DNA of 9,570 bases from the NCBI GenBank assembly GCA_043228905.1, contig JBHGNT010001350.1:1-9570 (forward strand), in the 5' to 3' direction. Below, piece by piece: positions 1 to 7,369 of the stretch. The notes under the pieces are model-generated. The model ran no database searches. It saw nothing but the letters and a program-made list of their open reading frames with translations, and was not told where the DNA came from. The stretch is from Azolla caroliniana. Lineage: Eukaryota > Plantae > Polypodiophyta. Position 1 is the first letter of the stretch. The number at the start of each line of letters is the position of its first letter. A program made the position numbers and the translations under genes.

Positions 1-1
1 C

Positions 2-459
2 GTCAAGAACACCTTTCTTTAAGGAGAATTAGAAGAGGAAGTGTACATGGTACAACCACCCGACTTCGAATCGCGTACTCAACCTAAAGTCGTGTGCCAA
101 CTCAAGTAGCCACTCTACGGCCTCAAGCAAGCACCGCATGCTTGGCATTCGAAGATTACACAATATCTTCATCAAATCGGATTTTTAAATGTCGAAATCC
201 AGTTTTCATCATCCTATACGTGGATGATCTGGTCGACATCAACAAGATGAAGTCCCTCCTCTCTAACAAATTCGAGATGACGGACATGAAGGAGCTTCAT
301 TACTTCCTAGGCATCGAAGTAATTCGGATTCTGACCAACATTATGATCTCTCAACGACACTACATTCTGAACTTGTTATACAAGTTCGGGATGACAAAGT
401 GCAAATTTGTGGCAACCCCTCTCGATCGAAACCTCAAACTAGATGTTGACTCCGGCAAG
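2..459 (+). pseudogene. Ty1/copia reverse transcriptase (RVT_2-type) fragment
   Basis: The frame from nt 2 reads VKNTFL*GELEEEVYMVQPPDF...VCQLK*PLYGLKQAPHAWHSKITQYLHQIGF, with stops at 20-22 and 107-109. After a frameshift near 190 it reads PVFIILYVDDL (YVDD at 217-228)...FEMTDMKELHYFLGIEV...ISQRHYILNLLYKFGMTKCKFVATPLDRNLKL. These are standard copia RT motifs. The RT C-terminus and RNase H are absent. Confidence 0.95.
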
Positions 460-464
460 CAAGA

Positions 465-542
465 ACCGGAAACCGTCCGAACCGGGTACGAGTCGAAGCG
501 GACACCGGAGATCGTCCAAATTGGATACCATCCGAAGCGGAC
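465..542 (+). repeat. 39-bp imperfect tandem repeat x2 in the copia 3' region
   Basis: 465-503 accggaaaccgtccgaaccgggtacgagtcgaagcggac versus 504-542 accggagatcgtccaaattggataccatccgaagcggac: 30/39 identical by hand count. Confidence 0.85.
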
Positions 543-573
543 AACAACCGAAAGGAACCGATCCGAGTTGAGC

Positions 574-584
574 TTGAGGGGGTG
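574..584 (+). other. Polypurine tract (PPT) of the copia element
   Basis: TTGAGGGGGTG lies directly before TGTTG at 585, the usual copia PPT/3' LTR junction. Confidence 0.85.
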
Positions 585-681
585 TGTTGCGAATCAATCT
601 CAACATAGTGCAACGTGTGAACACACCTTTTGAGAATTTATGATTACTCAAAAGTAAAGAGTCACACCACTACTTTCTACA

Positions 682-728
682 CATTAACTATGTGTCATAG
701 AATCATATTCTATGACACATAACTAATG
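682..728. repeat. Hairpin / inverted repeat
   Basis: Perfect 15-bp arms TATGTGTCATAGAAT (689-703) and ATTCTATGACACATA (707-721) with a 3-nt loop. It extends to 682-728 with two mismatches. Confidence 0.9.
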
Positions 729-804
729 AGTTTCATATTCCCCATGACTAATGGGTCTCCACATTCCCCAAGAGAGTGGTTGTTGTAGTTAGTTAATGAA
801 TACA

Positions 805-829
805 GAGGGTGACTATATAAAGCACCCTC
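805..829 (+). promoter_or_regulatory. TATA box of an LTR-like promoter, flanked by a 7-bp inverted repeat
   Basis: GAGGGTG-ac-TATATAAA-g-CACCCTC. Confidence 0.6.
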
Positions 830-1068
830 CTCCTACTCCATATTAAGTCGATTGTGACTCCTTGTAATGCTACATTTTGTATTTGATATTTTACATGTGA
901 ATATATATCTTCTTCTTCTTGAGTATTTCATTTCTCTAGCTTATCTATCTTGTGTTTCTCTACTCTCATCTCTTTTCTCTCACACATAACACACATCTCT
1001 TCCGCTACACAAGAATCATATCCGATTCTTTACAATATTATTATCCAACCCTTAATCATTATTTAGTT

Positions 1069-1240
1069 AATGCTACATTTTTTTAATTAATTAAGTGCTC
1101 ATTGACCCCCTATTGATTATTAATCTTGTAACTTGTTCACTAATAAATGCTACATTTTTCAATTAATAAAGTGTTTAGTGTTCATGGACCCCCTTTGATT
1201 ATTAATCTTGTAACTTGATTGCTAAGAAGTGTTACATTGT
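1069..1240 (+). repeat. ~80-bp imperfect tandem repeat (2 units plus a partial third)
   Basis: Units 1069-1145 and 1146-1227 share aatgctacattttt...gacccc...ttgattattaatcttgtaacttg. A third partial unit begins agtgttacattgt. Confidence 0.85.
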
Positions 1241-2664
1241 CTAACTAGATTAAGACAACTAGTATGATTAAGTTACTCCAAGTTGAGTGGATAACCATAC
1301 ATAATGGCAATGATTGAAACTAAAACAACATTATTAAAAAGTTATTGCACTGTTCCCATAATCTAGATTTCACTCCATCAAGTGAAATTTCCAATTGGCA
1401 ACACTATCTTATTGCCAAATTATTCATAAGACCCTTTCAAGAGGTGGTCATATTAATTGAAACAATACTAAAATATACAAGTTAGAGGCTATAAGGAAAA
1501 GAAGACAACAAAGATCAAGAAGATGCCCAACACTTGCATGCCCACAGAACAATAATTACAATAATCATATGTCACGAAGCATGCAACAACAATAAACAAC
1601 GACTACCTACAACATGCATAATCACAATACATCAATAGTTCAAAGATGTTGGATTGAAGATTTCAAGTAAATCTCAAACAATGCAGACTCTATGAATCGT
1701 ATGCTGATAAGATTTGATTGTTGATACATGTTGAACGCCTATGAGGTTAATGAAGTGGAAACTCACAAAGTAGAAGTATACCTTAGGCAATACATTACAT
1801 CTCTCGAGCCTCGAAAATTTCTTCATTTTAATATCTTCTTGTTCAAGAAACCATAACCATTCCTCATATATTGTTCTGCCTCATTGTTTCTTCGATCCTA
1901 TCCATCAAATGCCTTGGATTGCCAATACCAACATAATATTTCTTTATGCTTTCACTTTGTGCTTGAACAAGAATGTATTGTTTAATTATGGAGTATTGAG
2001 TAAAGTATCATAGTGACTTAGACAAGATTCAAGCAAACAATATAGATATATTGCAAGAAAATGTTAAGATTGAATTCATGGTACCATAACTTGCTACGTG
2101 TATCGAGGAATCTTTCCAAAAACTACAAATCAAAATAGAGTTAGATTATTATTCCATATATGTTGACTAATAACCATAACAAAACAAACATCTTCATCAC
2201 TCATTCAACAATCTACAAACAAGGCATTATATGCTAAAGCACAGAGTGCCTTTATATGAGGTCCCCACAAATTATTGCTTATATTTTCATGAGGATATTT
2301 GATTTAAATGTATATAAAACATGATAGTGTGATGCTCATGTTCATGCCAACAACATTATTGCTTGCGGGTTCAAGTTGTGAGTGATATTGTAGCCTAAAA
2401 CCATATCATCTAAACTTGGGCGTAACAAAATATTGCTCAAATCACCTCAACGTCTTCCTCTTAGCTCACCATGTTGTATACCCTTACTACCCAATATAAA
2501 AAGGGGCGGGACACCAAGATACACAAGCTTTGTAACAAATTACGATAATACCCCTAGTCTTTACTAGAACTACCAAATGACCCACGCATTGCTTATACAT
2601 TGCTAGAACACCCTACATTTTCTTATTAAGTCACATTAATAGTTAGACAATGTAGTTAAGATAT

Positions 2665-2828
2665 TCTAGTTATTAGTGTTAATTTGAATACTAAACAAGA
2701 GCCCATAAATGAAACTCATAATTATTTGATTATTCTTAATCAGGGAAGGAGAGCTTATAACTAACATTAATAATAGCATTTGAGATGATGATTAACATTC
2801 ACGATTATCTAGTTATTAGTGTTAATTT
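2665..2828 (+). repeat. 21-bp exact direct repeat
   Basis: TCTAGTTATTAGTGTTAATTT at 2665-2685 and 2808-2828. Confidence 0.8.
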
Positions 2829-3149
2829 TCATTGAATTAAAACGTAGGTGTATCAAGTCATTTTGAAAAAACTTTGGGATATTCAATTAATGTAAAAGAT
2901 GTCAGGATATTCTACCAAATTGTTACAAACTTAGAACTCTCAAGACAACAAAAAACAACTAAAGAAAGTGACAATAATGACAATGATAGAAGGGAGCACG
3001 TGAAGTCAATCACCAATATAAAAGTGGGTTATGACACAAGTTCCAAATTACTATGTTTCAATTTCTCAAATGTACAACTTGTACAAATTATTTTACAAAG
3101 TTCCAGATTAGTTGTCGAATTTGTAGAATTTATAAATAAAATAAATAGA

Positions 3150-3769
3150 TAAAAAGAAAAACTCCTCAAGGTGGCTAGGCGGTTGACCCCCCCTATAAAA
3201 GGCACTCCCATCGTGGCTGAAGAGGGGGGAAGGGTAAAGGGAAAAGAGGGGAGGAAGAAGGAAGGAAGAAGAAAAAGCGAGTGAAGAACCTCGTGTGGGT
3301 GTGGTATGGAAAGCTCCCAAAAGAAGATGGTGGCACATATAAACAAAGACAAAACTTAAAGAAAAGAAAAAGGTACAAAGAAAGGAAGAAGTTGAAGTGG
3401 TTTATCTTGCACCTTTGCAAACAAAAGGTTGTGAGTTTGAATCCTTTCAAAATATCTATTTTTGATAATTGAATTTTGTAAGATAAATTTGGTAAATATA
3501 AAGACAAAGAGACTTAAATAAAAAGAGAAAACAAAGAAGTTGAAGTGGTTTATCTCGAATGCCTCTTCCCAAATAGAGTTTGAGAGTTTGAGTCTTGCCA
3601 AGTACATTTTGGCAAATAAATATTGTAAGTGGTGTTTTACAAATAAATTTGTTTTCGCAACAAAGTCGCATCTATCTTGCCTTCTTGTCATCGCACCATC
3701 CACACGATCATCCTCGAGTCAGTGAACCTTGGCGATTGCAACACGCAACCACAATCTTTACGAGACCGT
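3150..3769 (+). repeat. LTR-like segment of another element, cut by the gypsy insertion at 3769/3770
   Basis: CCCCCTATAAAAGGC TATA context (TATAAAA at 3194-3200), a long GA-rich tract at ~3219-3285 and an internal duplication. The left boundary is not defined. Confidence 0.5.
3337..3650 (+). repeat. ~150-bp diverged tandem duplication
   Basis: Exact 22-mer AAGAAGTTGAAGTGGTTTATCT at 3386-3407 and 3534-3555 (period 148), with collinear flanking similarity (atataaa...acttaaa; gagtttga; ttgtaag). Confidence 0.8.
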
Positions 3770-4209
3770 TGTTGCCGTTTAGGAACACAGTCCGCGGTCA
3801 GTCCTTCGACCTAGACCTCAAAGTGGGTGTGGAACAACGAACGGGTGTTTAAGCGTAATGCGTAAGGGTAGAACCCCTGTAACCTATTAGCGTATAAGGG
3901 AAGACGGCTACAACCAAATCCCTATCAAGGGTTACACTTACGTACTTCAACGTTTAAGTATTCAAGACACCCACACTGAATTAGCCGTAGCTATACACAA
4001 AAAATCAGAGAAGATAGAATTCTATTATCAAGCGTTTCTTTACATTCCCAAAATTACACGCACCTCCATTAGAGGTTTTTTGCCCTTTATATATGCAGGG
4101 TCTAATTAGCCATTCACGCTTCCTGCGTGAACCGTTACATGCGTTATGCTCTTATATAATTTCTTATTCCTACGCTTTTGTCCGTCGGTTACTATTTCGG
4201 CGGACAACA
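3770..4209 (-). repeat. 440-bp LTR (3' LTR relative to pol)
   Basis: Termini TGTTG (3770-3774) and CAACA (4205-4209). The minus strand has TATATAAAGGG followed by TGTA-containing and AATAGAATTCTATCTTCTCT poly(A)-region-like sequence. Candidate 5-bp TSD ACCGT at 3765-3769. The partner LTR is not in the window. Confidence 0.85.
4086..4093 (-). promoter_or_regulatory. TATA box of the gypsy LTR
   Basis: The minus strand reads caTATATAAAggg, ~120 nt into the LTR. Confidence 0.6.
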
Positions 4210-4211
4210 CT

Positions 4212-4228
4212 TGGCACGCTTGTGGGAC
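4212..4228 (+). other. PBS-like motif (tRNA-Arg-like) antisense to pol, occupying the PPT position
   Basis: LTR-terminal CA, a 2-nt spacer, then TGGCACGCTTGTGGGAC. It resembles the complement of the plant tRNA-Arg(UCU) 3' end, TGGCACGCCCGGTGGGAC (recalled from memory; 15 of 18 positions with one gap). Confidence 0.6.
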
Positions 4229-4256
4229 AGTGCCCTTGCACGTCGGACCCATCCCG

Positions 4257-6989
4257 TTAATCTTCTTCCAAAATGGCCCGGATGTTCGGCTCTGCTGTGG
4301 TGTCCTCGTCCGGAGGTGATGTAGGGCCCGTAGGTGCATCGTGGTGTGGCTCCTCTGTTTGGTCGGGCTGGTTTCTCCCGGAGTCGCCGTTGCCGTGTGT
4401 GGGTGGTCCGGGTATGGTGGGCTCTTCTTAAGTTAGTGGGTTGGGCTCCGCCGTTGTCGTGCCTCCATTGTTACGTCCTTCGTGGTGTTGGCCGTTTTTG
4501 TATGTTCCTGGGAGTGGGGCGGAGATTCCGCCTGGTCCGCACCGTTCTCCGCGTGGTCTGATGATAGTGTGGGCTCGTGCGGCTGAACCTCTTGTTGGGT
4601 AGTGGTTTCGTTGTCTGGTCCTGTGGGAAACTCCGCTCGTCGGTCCCCGCTATTCTCCATCGTTGTCATCTCTGGTGATCGGGCCTGAGGTTCCTCTTCT
4701 TCGGCTGTGGCCGGAATTGGCGTCGCGCTGGATTCCTCGTTTGTGCGCGTGTTGCCGGCTTGTGTGATCTGGTGAAATAGCTCCTCCTGACTTTCACCAA
4801 AATCATCTAAGAGCTGTGCGAGTTCTTCGGAGTGTTGGTCTGCTAGCGCACGATAGTCTTGCGCTAGGTCCTCTTGTACGATCGCAATGCTCTCCTCATT
4901 TAGTTTATAGAAACCTCGACCGTCTTTTCGCCGGTTCTCCCAGTCCGCACGATATGCGTGCAATTCCGCTACTTGGGTTGCCCATGCCATCCATCCTTTG
5001 TCCAGCGCCGTTTTCAATTGCGCTGTGAACCTCTCTCGATTTGTTTGGAGAAGGATTCGCACGTTATCTGTGATGGCCTAGCAACGGTTGCGTGAGTCTT
5101 CCATCGACTTTTGGAGATTTGCGATTTCCTGTTGTTTAACGGCTGCCGCTTCCTCATACATGGCCTTCAGGCCCGCCCTTTGCATGTTGTTCTTCTAATT
5201 TCCCCATCTCATTGTTTAGGCGGATTTCGAGTTGATGCCTTCTGTCTTGTTCGACCACCAACTGCTCATCGAACCATACCTTCTTTTTTTCTAATAAGGC
5301 CCGAAGTCCTGCTATTGCCGCCTCCGATTTCTTCGCGTCCTCTCGTAATTGTGCGTTGTCGTCCTTTGTCCGGATGTGCTGAGTTACCTCCGTAGCTAGT
5401 TTCTCTTCAAGAGTTTTTACTGCCTTTCGTCCGTTAGCCCGTATCTCCTTTTCTCTGTCTGAGGATTGGTGTAGTTCTACTTGAAGACGATCAATTTCGG
5501 ATTCCGCTAGCTGCACGACCCTTTTTGCTTTTGAGGCGATGGCGGTCTGAGCCTCAATTTCTTCTTTTAGAGCGTCGATGACGTGGTTCGGTGGCGGAGT
5601 TGCGTGTTGCGCTGTAGTCGCGTGAGCTTCCAACTCCGCGATGTGTGCGTTGGCTTTTTGCAGTTCGGCTTCGGTCAGTTTAACCTTCTTCTAGACATTC
5701 TTATTTTTTATGGCCATCTCCTTGGCGCCCGTGTTGACCTTTGCCAGTTCCCGATGGACTTCGACTAGGGCCATGTTTAAGGGCGGTATCTCCATCCCCA
5801 CTCGCCGTACCCCGGCGTTCCTCTGTTTGCCGACCCTGGCTAGCCGGTCCTCATCGTCGCTCTCCGTTGTTTGTGTTAGGGTGCGCTCGATCATCTAGCA
5901 TTCCGCATGCTCCTCGGCCATTTGTTGGGCGGCTTTGACCTGTTGTGTTGCCAAGAACTCCATGAGCTCAAAAGAAGTACCGAATTGCAAGAGGGCGCTG
6001 AACTCGTGGGCCGTATCCGGGATATCTGGATATGCCAAAACCTCGCTTTCCGCCGTCAATACGGCTTTCCCTCATTGGGACTGGGTCATAATAATCGGCC
6101 GTGGGTCCCGGATGATTTCGAAGGTGGTAATTGGTTCTGCTACTGCGGAGCCTTCGCCTTCAGTCGGTGTCTCCGTTGCCGTGGGGGCGTTTTTTACCAA
6201 CCCCCGCCCATCTTTCCTATCCAATCTGCGTCGTTTTGGTCTGGGGCTTTCTCGCCGTGTTTCGGTGTCTGGTTCTGGGGCTACTTCCATGGAGCGTCTG
6301 GGCTGTTCCTCCTGCGTTGTCCGTGTGTCCGGCTGGTCGGTAGGAGGTGTTGTCCTTGGGTCTGGCTAGGCCGGTTGGGGTTCCTCTTCCCACTCTGGGG
6401 CCGATAACTCCGCTAACCTGCGTTTCGCGGATCGGGGCGGGGCCGTGGGTTGGCTGGGCTGTGGTGCTGGCAGGCCTCGGGGTGGAAATAGTACCGTAAG
6501 GTATTGTTGGATGATCAGCCTGAACTTTTTGCTTGCTTGGTACGCATGCAAGCCTTCCCTTAACGTTGGCCTTGTGATGACCCCCCAGTCGACGACACGC
6601 CCTTCAAAGGTATCGATAATGATGCCCGCCTTCTGCTTAAGCATCCCATATGCGTTGACATGTACGCAACCGACTTCTAGCAGGAACTTGGCAACTTCAC
6701 GAAAGAAGGGATCCGGAATCTATTTTGTTCTATAGGCCTTGGCGGAGGAGGAATATGGCCCAAAATACTGCTGCAGCGCCTCTGTAGGAGGTATTTCGAA
6801 ATGTCTTTCGCCTAGTGAGGATAGGTCCAACTTCTTCCGGACGGAAGAGTTGGTGATTGTGTCGATGTTAAGCTTCCTGGCGATGTCCATGGCGTCCGGG
6901 TGCGGAGGTGTTTCTGCGACCCGGATGTAACCATCCAGGCGTTTCTCCACGAGCCATCGGCGTAGGGCAGTAGAGATGAAGATCGGCAT
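4257..6989 (-). pseudogene. Disrupted ~910-codon extra ORF of the gypsy element: globular N-domain, P/T/E-rich linker with NLS-like motif, long coiled coil, acidic disordered tail
   Basis: ORFs 6720-7181, 6366-6644, 6072-6290, 5691-5894 and 5154-5633 share one frame and are separated only by single stops (6720, 6366, 6072, 5895, 5691). A frameshift at ~5180 joins AGLKAMYEEAAAVKQQEIANLQKSMEDSRNRC*AITDN to ORF 4433-5062. A probable second shift near 4430-4500 leads to ...PDEDTTAEPNIRAILEED* (TAA at 4257-4259). The start could be ATG 6989 (after a CT-rich leader) or 7181. Confidence 0.85.
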
Positions 6990-7242
6990 CGCCAGAGTAG
7001 GTTCGTGGGGAGGAGACGGGTGGTTGTGGTGAGTTGGAGCTTTGAGATAGGATGGGGAAGAAGGTGAGGGGGAGGAGGGATGGGAGCGCTGATAGCTAGA
7101 AGATGGGTTTCTGCTTTGTGTAGAAAATCTTCTGTTTCCTTCTTTTTGTGGCTTAGGGTTGATTGGGCGGTGAGCCATCATGGTGCCGCGTGTTCTTGAA
7201 CTAGGAGTTTGTGCATGCCTTTAGTTGTTTTAATAGTCGCTA

Positions 7243-7283
7243 TCTTCTCTTTTTTCTTTCTTTATTTATTTATTTATTTTTTT
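7243..7283 (-). other. Internal polypurine/A-rich tract between pol and the extra ORF
   Basis: The minus strand reads A7-(TAAA)n, then 21 uninterrupted purines AAAGAAAGAAAAAAGAGAAGA (7263-7243). Confidence 0.6.
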
Positions 7284-7369
7284 CGTAACGGTTATTTACA
7301 ACCTATTTTTACATTATAGTACAAATGGGGCTGTCCATTTTACGCTGCGGGTTCTTCGGCTCTGTCCCA

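Larger units (their letters stand above)
1..615 (+). mobile_element. 3' remnant of a Ty1/copia LTR retrotransposon, internally deleted (RT fragment fused to 3' UTR, PPT, LTR start)
   Basis: Copia RT motifs, then a GC-rich repeat region, then TTGAGGGGGTG followed directly by TGTTG. The right boundary is uncertain: the LTR may run on to ~1034 or be interrupted at ~616. Confidence 0.85.
585..1034 (+). repeat. LTR-like segment: copia 3' LTR, possibly interrupted by a second LTR starting at TGTGAAC (616)
   Basis: Starts with TGTTG after the PPT, has TATATAAA at 814-821, then T/CT-rich R/U5-like sequence. The candidate end ...TTCTTTACA at 1034 is tentative because no partner LTR or TSD is visible. 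Confidence 0.5.

Noticed and set aside
94-633. 179-aa ORF as an intact gene or novel RT fusion
   Set aside because: It is a chimera of an out-of-frame leader, a deleted copia RT piece and read-through into the 3' repeat, PPT and LTR.
1069-3555. Direct repeats as a CRISPR-like array
   Set aside because: Each has only two copies, similarity extends through the would-be spacers, and the context is eukaryotic transposon DNA.
2874-3852. Short ORFs on both strands (F/L/S-rich or K-rich)
   Set aside because: Translations of low-complexity GA-rich, LTR-like repeat sequence with no domain signal.
4246-4269. GGAAGAAGATTAACGGGATGGG (minus strand) as the canonical PPT
   Set aside because: It is interrupted by pyrimidines, lies about 40 nt from the TGTTG terminus and overlaps the inferred last codons of the extra ORF. 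It remains possible only if the LTR boundary is mis-set.
4106-4339. 77-aa minus-strand ORF as a separate gene
   Set aside because: It runs across the LTR boundary. An alternative frame ending at 4257 better matches the acidic P/T-rich tail of the extra ORF.
4334-6930. Plus-strand ORFs (4334-4561, 4816-5028, 5111-5395, 5583-5768, 5710-5898, 5741-5938, 5907-6407, 5935-6369, 6131-6343, 6445-6735, 6739-6930) as antisense genes
   Set aside because: They are shadow ORFs of the GC-rich minus-strand coding region, spread over different frames and without recognisable motifs.
4257-6989. env (envelope) gene call for the extra ORF
   Set aside because: The position is env-like, but no transmembrane segment or signal peptide is visible, and it has an NLS-like motif and a coiled coil.
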